Shown here: piece after piece, positions 1 through 9,631 of the stretch
Position numbering within the stretch: the stretch's first letter is position 1
How the letters are laid out: each line of letters starts with the position of its first letter
DNA from: Dehalococcoidia bacterium
GTDB taxonomy: Bacteria > Chloroflexota > Dehalococcoidia > UBA2979
DNA length: 64,000 nucleotides
Direction: 5' to 3'
Assembly: GCA_965262725.1 (NCBI GenBank)
Contig: OZ253555.1
Span: 2,016,001 to 2,080,000, forward strand
Program-made: the position numbers and the translations under genes
The notes under the pieces: generated by a model
What the model was told of the DNA's origin: nothing
What the model saw: only the letters and a program-made list of their open reading frames with translations
The model's database searches: none

Positions 1-363
1 TGGACCGGGCTCGACGACCTCTCCCGGGCGGCGCTCGAGGCCCGGGGCGGTCCGCTCTGGCACTCCCTCCTCGAGGCACTGCGCCCGCACGTCGTGGCGC
101 TCTCGGTCGCCCGGCACCACCTGGCGCGCATCGCGTTCGCGCCGCTGACCGGATGGGAGCCGCTCGTGGTCTTCGACAGGACGGCGTCCGGGGAGCCGAG
201 GAGCCGCCCGGTCCGGGTTCTGGCCCGCTGGTACGACGTCGCCGGCGAGCCGTCGCTGTTCGTGTTCGGTCCGGCCGCGCAGACGCCGCTGGGACTGCTG
301 GGCGCGGGCCAGCGGCGTGAAGTCGGTGCCCAGGCACTGGAGGTGTGGCGACGTGAGCAGTAA
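1..363 (+). CDS. 3' end of a hypothetical protein (runs in from before the window)
   Basis: Frame 1 is open from base 1 (WTGLDDLSRAALEARGGPLW...) to TAA at 361-363 and overlaps the start of the next gene. Confidence 0.6.
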   Translation, partial: WTGLDDLSRAALEARGGPLWHSLLEALRPHVVALSVARHHLARIAFAPLTGWEPLVVFDRTASGEPRSRPVRVLARWYDVAGEPSLFVFGPAAQTPLGLLGAGQRREVGAQALEVWRREQ

Positions 364-1162
364 CCGGTGTTTCGTCCAGTTTTCCCATCCGGGGGCCGAG
401 CACGAGCCCGCTCCGGGCGGCGGCAAGGCGTGGAACACCCACGCGAGCCGGCACGCGCGGAAGTTCATGGAGTTCCCCGGCGAATGGATGGAGGAGGACG
501 GGTCGGCGCGCACGGGGCGCCTGAGGGCGTGGGGCGAGTGGGAGGCCGAGTCACACCTCATCCGCGAGCTGAGGCGACCGGGCGGTGACCGGCTCTTCCC
601 GCGCTTCCTCTGGGAGCCCTACTACGTGCCGAAGGAGGATCACCGCCGCCTGCACAACACCGACCCCTTCATCTTCGGGTCACGCTTCCTGTACTCGAAC
701 TGCGGGCAGCCCTCCAGTCCGGGCCTGCGGGCGCTCGGACGCGGCTCGGTGATCGCCTTCGGAAGCCTGAAGAAGATCGCGGGAGAGCGGCGGTGGATGG
801 TCGACACGGTGCTGGTCGTCGCCGGCTCGGTCGAGTACGATGCGCACGAGGCCCGCGAGGCGCTGGCCGGCCCGACAAGCGAGGCGTTCATCGAGGTCAC
901 GGCCGGGCCGATCGCCACCACCGAGGAGGGGTCGTTCCGGCTCTACCGGGGGGCGACGCCCGACGATCCGGTCGACGGCATGTTCAGCTTCTTCCCCGCG
1001 GAGTACTTCAACCCGAGGCACCAGCAAGGCCCGAAGGGCCTCTGGCGCGAGCGGTCCGCGGACGAGCGGCGCGGCCTGTGGGATTCCCTGGTCGCGCAGG
1101 TCCGGCGGGCCGGACTTGTACTCGGTACGCACGCGATCCCGCCGGAGAGGCGCGAAGCGTGA
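353..1162 (+). CDS. hypothetical protein, possibly related to nucleotide-modification-associated (Nmad) domains
   Basis: GTG at 353 follows GGAGGT. The motif HNTDPFIFGSRFLYSNCGQ...LGRGSVIAFGS...VDTVLVV loosely resembles Nmad2/Nmad3 patterns. The family call is tentative. Confidence 0.55.
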   Translation: MSSNRCFVQFSHPGAEHEPAPGGGKAWNTHASRHARKFMEFPGEWMEEDGSARTGRLRAWGEWEAESHLIRELRRPGGDRLFPRFLWEPYYVPKEDHRRLHNTDPFIFGSRFLYSNCGQPSSPGLRALGRGSVIAFGSLKKIAGERRWMVDTVLVVAGSVEYDAHEAREALAGPTSEAFIEVTAGPIATTEEGSFRLYRGATPDDPVDGMFSFFPAEYFNPRHQQGPKGLWRERSADERRGLWDSLVAQVRRAGLVLGTHAIPPERREA

Positions 1163-1244
1163 CGCCGGCGGTGCGAGCACCGCGCGTCCCGCGCCGCAAC
1201 GCGGCGTCCCCGAAGCCGTGGTCCGGTACAGGGGCGGTGGGCCG

Positions 1245-2276
1245 ATGACACGGAGGCTGATGATCGCACAGCCGTTCGACCTCGCGCTGACGCTGGAGAT
1301 GGGACAGACGTTCCGCTGGCGGCGCGTCGGCGACGAGGACGTCTGGGCGCGGGACTGGGGCGACCCGCCGGAGCGATGGCGAACGGGCGGCGCCTGGTAC
1401 TCGGGGGTGCTGGGCCCGCACCTCGTCCACATCCTGCAGAGCGGCGACGGCGTCGAGTACCGCGTGGGCGGCGCGGACGGCGAGCGGCACGACGTCGACC
1501 TGAGCACGACGCTCCGTGACTACTTCCGGCTCGACGATGGCATCACGGACGTCTACGACGCACTGCGCCGCGATCCGGTCGTGGCCCGCGCGGTCGACCG
1601 CTACCCGGGGTTGAGGCTCCTCCGCCAGGAGCCGTGGGAGTGCCTGGTGTCCTTTGTCTGCTCCCGCACGCGGACGATCCGTGCCACCAGGGGGAGTGCG
1701 GAGACCATCGCCAAACTCAGCGCGCACACGGTGAGACTGGACGGTGACTGTCGCCCCGTCTTCCCCGGCGCCGAGATCCTGGCCGGCCGGGCGAGTGCCG
1801 ACCTGAGCGCGCTGGAACTCGGTCTGGACAAGCCCCGCGTCATTCTCCGGCTGGCCCGGTGGCTCGCCGCCGACCCGCAGGGCCTGAGCCGTCTCGCGGG
1901 AACCTCGGTGTCCACCGAGGACGCGGTGCGACGGCTCGACGGCTTCCCGGGCATCGGTCCCAAGATCGCGAGCTGCGTCGCGCTGATGTCGCTGGACAAG
2001 CTCGATGCGTTCCCGGTGGACAGGTGGGTGCAGCGGGCCCTCGCCTCGTGCGACCTGTCGTCGCTGCCCACGGCCCTTGCTGAGAGGGTCCGGGGTCCCC
2101 GCACCCTCACCGGGCCCCAGCAGTACCGCGTCGCCGAGTGGGCGCGGACGCACTTCGGCCGCTACGCCGGCCACGCCGGCCAGTACCTCTTCCACTCGGC
2201 GGAGCCCCGCAAGGAGCGCGCGCGCCGGGGGCGAGGGGCTGCGCGGACGCGTGCCGTCGTGGAGCATGCCGGATGA
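1245..2276 (+). CDS. 8-oxoguanine DNA glycosylase/AP lyase, OGG1-type (HhH-GPD)
   Basis: Motifs TLEMGQTFRW, GLRLLRQEPWECLVSFVCS, HhH GIGPKIASCVALMSLDKLDAFPVD (catalytic K and D) and FGRYAGHAGQYLF. Confidence 0.9.
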   Translation: MTRRLMIAQPFDLALTLEMGQTFRWRRVGDEDVWARDWGDPPERWRTGGAWYSGVLGPHLVHILQSGDGVEYRVGGADGERHDVDLSTTLRDYFRLDDGITDVYDALRRDPVVARAVDRYPGLRLLRQEPWECLVSFVCSRTRTIRATRGSAETIAKLSAHTVRLDGDCRPVFPGAEILAGRASADLSALELGLDKPRVILRLARWLAADPQGLSRLAGTSVSTEDAVRRLDGFPGIGPKIASCVALMSLDKLDAFPVDRWVQRALASCDLSSLPTALAERVRGPRTLTGPQQYRVAEWARTHFGRYAGHAGQYLFHSAEPRKERARRGRGAARTRAVVEHAG

Positions 2277-2691
2277 GCCGGGGAGGATCCGTGCGTTGAC
2301 GCGTAGCGGGTTCGCGCGTGCACGCGGACGCCACCGCCTCACGCGCCTCAGGCTGACCAACCGCAGCCCCTACTCGCCAGGCACCGGAGCCCACGCTCGC
2401 GCGCACCTGAGGCGACGCGCGGCTTGACAGGGTGGAGCCCGTTCGGCGGGCGCCACCACTCGCCGCTGTCACCCACTCGCCAGGTCGCGCCGTCCCTCCT
2501 TCCTGAGCACCCGGCGGTAGTGCGTGTCGCATCTCTCCGGGCTCATCGCCGGCTTCCCCCAGTCGTCCATGCACGCCTGCTCTTCCTCGGCGGCAGCAGG
2601 TGCAGGCGCCGGTACCCGCGCTGCCGCTGGTAGTGCTTGAAGCACGGGCCCCTCGCCTACACCTCGCCGGTGCAGTCCGGGAGCGTGCACG

Positions 2692-2985
2692 TCACCACCA
2701 TCCGCCTCCGATCCCGAAATCCTTGAGCGCGCCTCCGTTGATGGCGATGGCGGCGAGCATGAACAGCACGACGTACCCCGCCGCCCGCACCGCCAGCAGG
2801 TGCCATCGCCCCCAGTCCCAGCGCGGGAAGCGGGCCCGCAGGATGAGCACGGCGACGCCGACGGCCAACAGCGGGATCACCCACTCAGTCACCTCTCCAT
2901 GCCGCACCTTGGCGACCGCGACGATGGCGAGCAGGCCGGAGACGTACGTGAGCACCAGCCACGCCCCGAACAGGCAGTCCCTTAT
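2692..2985 (-). pseudogene. small membrane protein, 3' part, interrupted by the IS1380 pair
   Basis: Hydrophobic ORF open up to the CTTAT target. Joining it to 14902-14934 restores one frame: GTG-GEHPTEAGCR-IRDCLFGAWLVLTYVSGLL... Confidence 0.55.
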
Positions 2986-3207
2986 CTCGAATCCACCGAT
3001 CGAAGCTTGACGAGGCGGGGTGCCGGGCTGCCGGAGAGTTCGGCGGGCGTGCCGGCGTTCGCCGGGCGGCGCCGGGGGCGGGCCGGAGCCAGGAGCCGTC
3101 GCTGAGCGCAGCTCGGGGGCGCTGAGGGTGCGGGCGCGAGGGTGCGCGAGGCGTGCGCGGGCATGCTGGCGCGAGCCTCGGACCCGGGTCGGCGCTGTGA
3201 GCGGGCG

Positions 3208-4533
3208 TCAGGCCGGGAGCGGTATCGCCCGTAGTCGCGCGAGCGCGGCTGCCAGCTGCTCTGCCCAGGGCCAGCGCTTCGGGAGGTGCAGAGTCCACCG
3301 CCGGGCAGAGCGGGTGAGCCGTCCGGCGAGAGAGAAGTAGCGTCGCCTGAGCGTCCTGGTCGTCACGATCCCCTCGCCGAGCCCGAGGCGTGCCGTCCAG
3401 CGGGCGAGGTTGTGCGCGATCACCTGCACCGCGAGCCACGCCGCGTTCGCGGCGAAGCGGCCCGAGGGGAGATGGTTCAACCCGACGCCGTACTTGAGGT
3501 CGCGGATCGCGTTCTCGATCTCGGCGTGACGGCGATGGTCGGCCTCCAGCTCCATCATCTCCCCCGCGCGGTTGGTGATGAAGGCGTGGTAACTGTAGTC
3601 CACGAAGAGCGCGAGCTGTGAGCCGGGCGTCGGCGTGACGCGCCGCACGATGAGCCGCACCGCAGTGGCGTCTCCCGTGTGCTGGAACGGCGTGTAGGTC
3701 GTCTCGGCGACAGCGGCGCCGCCCGGCAGCCAGTACGGGATCGGCGTCCAGTCCTCTTCCGGTATCGCCTCGATCAGCCGGCGTACGTTCGGCTGCTGCC
3801 GAATAGTGATTGAGAAGCGGACATCCTGCTTGCGACAGACGGCGACGACAGCGTGGTTGTAGAAGCCGCTGTCGGCGCGCACCGTGAGCTGCCCGCTCGC
3901 CCCGGCGTCGCGCACCCGCGCCACCGTCTCACGCAGGAAGTGTGCGGCCCCCCGAGCGGTGTTGGCACGGCCCCCGCGCAGCCGGGCCATCAGCACCTCA
4001 CCCGTCCCGGCCGCCACCGCGAGCAGCGGGTGATAGCCGCGCACGCCCGTGTAGCCGTGGTGCCGGGCGCCCTCCTTGGCGAGGCCGTAGGTCTCGCAGA
4101 GCGTCGAGTCGAGGTCGATGGTGAACGGCGCCGCGCCGGGTCCCGCCCCGGCCGCCCAGCTGCGGGCGAGCAACTCGCGGCTGACGCGGTCGAGCTGACG
4201 GACGTGGCCCCAACGGAAGCTGCGCAGAAACGTCCCGAGGGTGGACGGCGCCTTCACGGTGCAGCCGAGCACGCGCCCGGCGCCGCCTGAGCGCATGGCA
4301 TCGGCGTCATCGATGCAGTCGCCGCCCGCGAGCGCCGAGGCGATGAGAGTCATCAGCTTGTCGCCGACGTTCGCCCGCCCCGCTGCGTCACCGAGGTCGA
4401 GGTGGGCGTCTGCCAGTTCACGGAGGCCGAGCCGGCCAGCGAGCGTGGCCGGGAGCAGCAGGCCCGCGTGGTCCACGAGGCGGTCGTCGTCGAAGGCGAT
4501 GTGTATCCGGTCGGGGCTGCTCGTTGGTAGCAT
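3208..4533 (-). CDS. IS1380-family DDE transposase
   Basis: Motifs TIDLDST, GYHPLL, VRADSGF and HRRHAEIENAIRDLK. Differs from copy B at 7 amino acids. Confidence 0.95.
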   Translation of the reverse strand: MLPTSSPDRIHIAFDDDRLVDHAGLLLPATLAGRLGLRELADAHLDLGDAAGRANVGDKLMTLIASALAGGDCIDDADAMRSGGAGRVLGCTVKAPSTLGTFLRSFRWGHVRQLDRVSRELLARSWAAGAGPGAAPFTIDLDSTLCETYGLAKEGARHHGYTGVRGYHPLLAVAAGTGEVLMARLRGGRANTARGAAHFLRETVARVRDAGASGQLTVRADSGFYNHAVVAVCRKQDVRFSITIRQQPNVRRLIEAIPEEDWTPIPYWLPGGAAVAETTYTPFQHTGDATAVRLIVRRVTPTPGSQLALFVDYSYHAFITNRAGEMMELEADHRRHAEIENAIRDLKYGVGLNHLPSGRFAANAAWLAVQVIAHNLARWTARLGLGEGIVTTRTLRRRYFSLAGRLTRSARRWTLHLPKRWPWAEQLAAALARLRAIPLPA

Positions 4534-5152
4534 CGAATGGGGTGCGCCAGGCTAACTGGTGCTTGGGCAGGAGGTGCAAGTCCTCTACGGCGAAGGAGCA
4601 AGCCACTCCACGCGGTTCCGCGAGCCGTGCGCGACTCGTCGCGAGGCGAGCCGTGAAGCGTCGGCAGCGGGGTAGGCGGGCGGAGCTATTGAGCATCGAA
4701 AGATGCATAATCCGGAGTGCCGAGGCTTTCCCATTGGTCGAAGGCAACACCGGCGACGGCGCTTCTGGCGAGCCGTCGTCGGGCTCTGCGGTGTCAAAGA
4801 ACTCACGCACGTCTGCACGTCCAGCACCGGGACCTCATATGGATGCCTCGGTTGTCAAGCCCCGTCCAGCGGTACTTGAACGTCCGGTCTGCGGCGGCGG
4901 CGGTCGCGCGAGGATGACGACTCCGGGGTGGCGAAGGAGGGATGAGCGGGAATTGTTCGACGTTTTGTCATTCTCAGAGGTATAGCCAGAAGTTGTGGAT
5001 GAGCCAGGAGAGAGAGGCGGCGTACCCTCCCTGAGTCAACAGGAGTGGCCGGGAAGTGTCGATCGCCAGGGTCATTGAGCCACGCGTCGCCACGGTCATT
5101 GGACCACCCGGGACGCCGGTAGGCGGCTTGATATCAGTGAGCGTCTAGCGCG

Positions 5153-5926
5153 TCAATCACCTCCCGTCTGCGCCTCGAGCAGGGCGCGGTGCGGCGAGAG
5201 CCGCTGGCGGTAGCTATCGCCCTCGATCACGATCTGGTAGCTGGCGTTCGCGAGCCGGTCGAGGGCGCTGTTGCCGAGGATCGGGTCGTCGAAGAGACCC
5301 AGCCATTCCTCCACGGCGCGGTTCGAGGTGATCACGAAGCTCGAGCTGCGGTGGCGCCCGATGACCAGCTCGTAGAGGTCGATGGACTGCTGCGCGCTGA
5401 GGCGATGGAGCCCGAGGTCGTCGAGGATGAGCAGGTCGGGCGCGAGGAAGCTTCGGAAGACCTTCTCGGCCGAGTGGTCGACGCGGGCCTGCGCCATCTC
5501 GCGGAAGTAGTGGTCGGCCGGGGCGAAGCGCACGGTGCGTCCGGAGCGGACGGCTGAGTAGCCGAGCGCCTGGGCTAAGAAGCTCTTGCCGACGCCGACG
5601 GGGCCGACGAGCAGGACGTGCTCGCGGCGGTCGAGGAAGTGCAGCGAGAAGGCGGCGTCGAGCAGGCGGCGGTCGAGCCGGATGGCGGCCGCCCAGTCGA
5701 AGTCCTCGAGGCGGCAGAGCTGCTCGAAGCCGGCCTGGCGCAGGCGCAGCTCCAACCGCCCGTGGTCGCGGCGGCTCACCTCGTCGACGAGCAGGATCTG
5801 CAGGAAGTCCGCGTAGTCGAGGTGGTCGCGCCGCGCGAGGGCGATGCGCTCGGGCAACGTGTCGAGCATACGGCCGAGCTTGAGGCGCTTGAGCAGCGGA
5901 CGGAGGTCTGAGGTGGTGGCGGTCAT
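5153..5926 (-). CDS. istB: IS21 helper ATPase IstB
   Basis: Walker A GPVGVGKS, Walker B LLILDDLG, ITSN and SALDRL motifs. ATGA overlap with istA. Confidence 0.95.
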   Translation of the reverse strand: MTATTSDLRPLLKRLKLGRMLDTLPERIALARRDHLDYADFLQILLVDEVSRRDHGRLELRLRQAGFEQLCRLEDFDWAAAIRLDRRLLDAAFSLHFLDRREHVLLVGPVGVGKSFLAQALGYSAVRSGRTVRFAPADHYFREMAQARVDHSAEKVFRSFLAPDLLILDDLGLHRLSAQQSIDLYELVIGRHRSSSFVITSNRAVEEWLGLFDDPILGNSALDRLANASYQIVIEGDSYRQRLSPHRALLEAQTGGD

Positions 5927-7503
5927 CGTGGTGCTCCTGTCGGGGTCTGCGTGCGGGACTGTGCGAAGACGGAGCCCGAGTGGGCGAAGCGCCCCGGAGG
6001 CGGCGGCAGCTCGGGCTGGTCTGGGGTGCTCTCCTGGTCGAGGGCCTCGACGAGGATGCGCTCGAGGCGGCGCACGTCGATGAGGTCGACCTCGAGCGCG
6101 CGGCGGCAGGCGGCGTCGAGGCGGTCCGGGGAGTAGCGCTCGGCGAGGCGCAGCAGCTTGTGGCCCTGCCGCAGCTTCGCCCAGGGCAGGGAGCCCTCGA
6201 AGAGACGCTCGGCGTAGGCGCCCACGGCCTCCCCCAGCTCGGCGGCGCGGCGCTGTATCCAGTCGGGCGCCCGCCTGGTGTAGGGGGTGAGCTCGGCCGG
6301 GTAGTCGTTCGGGTCGGTGGCGCGGCCGCCCCGGCGCTGGCGCGGGTGGACCTTGATGAGCTGACCGCGGTGGTAGATGCGCACCAGCTTCGAGCCGAGC
6401 TGCACCTCGACCTTCTGGCGGGGCGGGCAGGCCGTGGACGGCACCGAGTACAGCGCGTACTGGCAGGCGATGTGGTGGTCGGGATGGACCGTGGCGGTCC
6501 GCCAGTCGGGGACCTCGTAGGGCTCGCCGTCCCAGGGAGCGAGGAGAGGGAGCTCCTCCTCCCGGAAGACCTCGAGCGGCCGGCGGCGGGTCGTGCCGTG
6601 GATGCGCTGTCCCGCCACCTCCAGGCACCAGCTGCGGGCGGCGGAGCGCAGGTCGACGACGTCCCGGAAGTCGCCGCCCTTGAAGAGGCGCTCGCGCACG
6701 TAGGGGATGCTGCGCTCGACGCGCGGCTTGTCGCGGGGATGACGCACGCGCGCGGGGTCGGTGATGAAGCCGCGGTGGCGGGCGTACTCGAGGAAGCCCC
6801 GCGTGAAGCGCGGGTGCAGCGCGTCGGCCCCGGCGACGGCGGCCGGGAAGTTATCGATGACGAGGTAGCGGGGCACGCCCCCGAAGAAGGACCAGGCCTC
6901 CTCCAGGCCCTCGATCACAGCGTCCAGCTTCTGGCTGGTGGTGGGCCACACAAAGCAGTGGCGGGAGTAGCGCCAGACGACGACCAGCGCCCACACCGCG
7001 CGCCGGCGGCCGCTCTCGGGGTCCCGGATGAAGCCGAGGCGGCCGAAGTCCATCTCCGCCACCTCGCCCGGCGGCCCGTCGTCCATGCGCACGGTCGACG
7101 GCAGCCGGTGGCGCCAGCCGCGGCGCCGGATGAAACGCCGCAGCGTGGTGTAGGAGACCTCGCAGCCTCGTCCGGCGAGGAGCTCCTGGATGCGCGTCAG
7201 TTGCAGGCGGTCGGTCTCAAGCCAGCGCTCGATCTGCTCCGCCCAGGGCGAGAGCAGCTCTTCGCTCGGCGCCTCGACCTGCCGCGGGCCGGAGAGGCTC
7301 AGCGTCGCCAGCGCGGCGAGCTGCTCCTCACTCGGCTCGGGACCGTCAGGTGTGAGGCCGGCCGCTTCGGCCGCGTCGATGTAGCGGCGGACCGTCTGAC
7401 GCGACAACCCCATCCCGCTGGCGATGCGGCGCTGGCTGAGCCCCGCCTGCCAGCGACGAATGATCTCCTGAATCTCCACCCCGTGTACCTCCCGGTAGGC
7501 CAT
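5923..7503 (-). CDS. istA: IS21 transposase IstA
   Basis: N-terminal HTH, PGEVAEMDFG, YLVIDN, PRDKPRVER and YSVP motifs. Confidence 0.95.
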   Translation of the reverse strand: MAYREVHGVEIQEIIRRWQAGLSQRRIASGMGLSRQTVRRYIDAAEAAGLTPDGPEPSEEQLAALATLSLSGPRQVEAPSEELLSPWAEQIERWLETDRLQLTRIQELLAGRGCEVSYTTLRRFIRRRGWRHRLPSTVRMDDGPPGEVAEMDFGRLGFIRDPESGRRRAVWALVVVWRYSRHCFVWPTTSQKLDAVIEGLEEAWSFFGGVPRYLVIDNFPAAVAGADALHPRFTRGFLEYARHRGFITDPARVRHPRDKPRVERSIPYVRERLFKGGDFRDVVDLRSAARSWCLEVAGQRIHGTTRRRPLEVFREEELPLLAPWDGEPYEVPDWRTATVHPDHHIACQYALYSVPSTACPPRQKVEVQLGSKLVRIYHRGQLIKVHPRQRRGGRATDPNDYPAELTPYTRRAPDWIQRRAAELGEAVGAYAERLFEGSLPWAKLRQGHKLLRLAERYSPDRLDAACRRALEVDLIDVRRLERILVEALDQESTPDQPELPPPPGRFAHSGSVFAQSRTQTPTGAPR

Positions 7504-7689
7504 CGCTGCTCCCTCCGCTGGGGATGCAGGCGATGGTGGCCGTACCGGCGGCCCGAGTGGTCAGACCCCCCGGAGGGGTGGCTCAATGACCTTGGCGAAG
7601 TGGCACATAGACCCTGGCGATCTCGCCGTTTGCTGGTCTATAGATCCTGGCGATTCACACGGGAAGCCGGCCGGGGAGGAGTACGCCGG

Positions 7690-8967
7690 ATGTTGAGGAT
7701 AGTCCATGAGGGAGGCGAGCGGGAAGCGGGGCCGGGGACGCAGGTCGGACTGGACGAGCTCTGCCGCATGGCCGCCCAGGAGATGCTCGGGGTGGCGCTG
7801 GAGGCCGAACGGCAGGCCTACCTCGAGCGCCACGCGGGCGCGGTCGATAGAGAGGGCCGCCGCGTGGTCGTCGGCAACGGCTACGCCCGCGCGAGAGAGA
7901 TCACGACCGCCGCGGGACGGGTCGCCGTACAGGCGCCGCGCGTCGACGACCGCCGTCCCGGCGAGCGCTACATCTCGGCGCTTCTGCCGCCCTACATGCG
8001 GCGCTCGCCCAAGGTGACCGAGGTGTTGCCGCTGCTCTACCTGCGCGGGCTCTCGACGGGCGACTTCCTGCCCGCCCTGTCGGCGTTCTTCGGCTCGGGG
8101 GCGGGGCTCTCCGCCTCGACCGTGGGGCGGCTCACGGAGGCGTGGCAGGCCGAGCACGAGCGCTGGCAGCGACGCAGCCTGGCCGAGGTCGACTACGTCT
8201 ACCTCTGGGCGGACGGCGTCCACTTCACCGTGCGTCTCGAGGAGGACCGGCTCTGCTGCCTGGTGCTGGTCGGGGTGCGCCCGGACGGCCGCAAGGAGCT
8301 GGTGGCCGTGCAGGACGGCTACCGTGAGGACACCCAGTCCTGGCTCGACCTGCTGCGGGACCTGCGCGAGCGGGGCATGCGCGACCCCGAGCTGGCCGTC
8401 GGCGACGGGGCGCTCGGGTTCTGGGCGGCGCTGCGGGAGGTCTTTCCCCGGACCCGCGAGCAGCGCTGCTGGGTGCACAAGACCGCGAACGTCCTGGCGG
8501 CGCTGCCCGAGCGCGTCCAGGGGGAAGCGGCGCGGGCGCTCCACACCGTCTCCGGAGCCGCGACGCGCGCCGGGGCGCTGGATGCGGCGCGCGCCTTCGC
8601 CGGGCAGTTCGCGCAGTGGCCGAAGGCGACAGCGAAGGTCGCCGACGACCTCGAACGGCTGCTCGCGTTCCACGACTTCCCGTCCGAGCACCACGTGCAC
8701 CTGCGCACAACGAACCCGATCGAGTCCACCTTCGCCACGGTCCGGCTGCGCCAGCGCGTCACGAAGGGCGCCGGCTCCCGGTCGGCGGGACTGGCGATGG
8801 CCTACAAGCTGCTCGACGCGGCGCAGCAGCGCTGGCGGCGGGTGAATGCCCCGCATCTCGTCGCCGTCGTCCGGGCGGGCGGCGTCTTCGTCGATGGCGT
8901 CCTACAGGAACGAGCCGTCAGCCCGGATGCGAGCGACGATGCACGCCACGGGAGGTACGCCGCCTAA
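7690..8967 (+). CDS. IS256-family (mutator) transposase
   Basis: ATG at 7690 after GAGGAG. Motifs YLWADG, AVGDGALGFW, QRCWVHK and RTTNPIES. Confidence 0.95.
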   Translation: MLRIVHEGGEREAGPGTQVGLDELCRMAAQEMLGVALEAERQAYLERHAGAVDREGRRVVVGNGYARAREITTAAGRVAVQAPRVDDRRPGERYISALLPPYMRRSPKVTEVLPLLYLRGLSTGDFLPALSAFFGSGAGLSASTVGRLTEAWQAEHERWQRRSLAEVDYVYLWADGVHFTVRLEEDRLCCLVLVGVRPDGRKELVAVQDGYREDTQSWLDLLRDLRERGMRDPELAVGDGALGFWAALREVFPRTREQRCWVHKTANVLAALPERVQGEAARALHTVSGAATRAGALDAARAFAGQFAQWPKATAKVADDLERLLAFHDFPSEHHVHLRTTNPIESTFATVRLRQRVTKGAGSRSAGLAMAYKLLDAAQQRWRRVNAPHLVAVVRAGGVFVDGVLQERAVSPDASDDARHGRYAA

Positions 8968-9203
8968 CTTGCCCTGGCCAGCGATCCACAACTCTTGACG
9001 ATATCTCTCATTCTCATATCCGCGGGTTGCCAGTGGCAGAGCCGCATGACCCTTCTTCGTCAGGAGCAGGCGCATTCTGATATCGCGGGTTGGCGACGCG
9101 AAGCGTCGTTGCCGCATGGTTCCGTCGCGCAGTCTCCGAAACGTAGTCCCGCTTATCCGTCCTTCACCGCCCCCGGAGTCGAGGTCCCCGCCCTCCGCGG
9201 CCA

Positions 9204-9337
9204 CCTCCGCTGCATGCTCCTCACTCGCGGCGATGCCTGAGAGCCCCTGCTCCGTCGGGCGGATGTGCTCATCCGTCATCTCGACCCTCTGCAGGTAGCT
9301 GCCGAAGGCCGCCTGGGCGCCCTTCTCCTCGAAGGAG
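9204..9337 (-). pseudogene. 134-bp diverged internal fragment of the IS110 transposase
   Basis: Aligns without gaps to 10087-10220 (SFEEKGAQAAFGSYLQRVEMTDEHIR versus SFEEVGDQAAFDGYLQRVEMADEHIR). Confidence 0.85.
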
Positions 9338-9586
9338 ATGACGACTCCGGGGTGGCGAAGGAGGGATGAGCGGGAATCACTCGACGTTGTGTCACTCTCA
9401 TAGTCGCGGGTTGCCAGTGGCAGAGCCGCATGACCTTTCTTCGTCGGGAGGGGGCGCCGTCTGGGAACGCGGGTTGGCGACGCTTCGCGTCGTTGCCGCA
9501 TGGTCCCGTCGCGCGATCTCCAGAATGTGGTCCCGTTCATCCGTCCTTCACCGCCCCCGGAGTCGACGTCTCCGCCCTCCGCGGCC
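9337..9586 (-). ncRNA. bridge/seekRNA-like cassette A
   Basis: A long outer stem (9343-9375 with 9531-9564) encloses two similarly built internal loops. GGTCCCG (9502-9508) and CTGGGA (9461-9466) match the target CGGGAC-CT-GGGA. CTCATA (9397-9402) and GACC (9432-9435) match the donor junction. Confidence 0.8.
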
Positions 9587-9631
9587 GGTCTGTCCTCCTC
9601 TCCGTCCGCTCCCTGTTCGTGGCCAGCCGGC

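Larger units (their letters stand above)
5057..7659 (-). mobile_element. IS21-family element
   Basis: TG...CA ends (TGTCGATCGCCAGG and reverse complement TGTGAATCGCCAGG). 7-bp duplication CGGGAAG at 5050-5056 and 7660-7666. Encodes an istA/istB pair. Confidence 0.93.
4977..9007 (+). mobile_element. IS256-family element (contains IS21)
   Basis: Imperfect terminal inverted repeats GAGGTATAGCCAGAAGTTGTGGAT and (reverse complement) GAGATATCGTCAAGAGTTGTGGAT. 9-bp target duplication TCATTCTCA at 4968-4976 and 9008-9016. Confidence 0.92.
4913..9202 (-). ncRNA. bridge/seekRNA-like cassette B (4913-4976 plus 9017-9202, split by IS256)
   Basis: Diverged copy of cassette A. Donor-guide segments CTCATAT (9013-9019) and GACCCT (9048-9053) match the IS circle junction AGGGT-CT-CATAT. 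Target-guide segments are CTGATA (9077-9082) and GGTTCCG (9118-9124). Confidence 0.7.

Noticed and set aside
4853-4858. TTGACA (minus strand) as half of a circle-junction promoter of the IS110 element
   Set aside because: No convincing -10 box appears at 16-18 bp spacing in the reconstructed junction, so it is not called.
5980-7689. N-terminal extension of the 995-aa ORF
   Set aside because: It is the antisense shadow of istA. The IS256 transposase starts near 7690.
4913-9586. CRISPR-like array
   Set aside because: There are only two long structured units, no short repeat-spacer periodicity, and no cas genes in the window.
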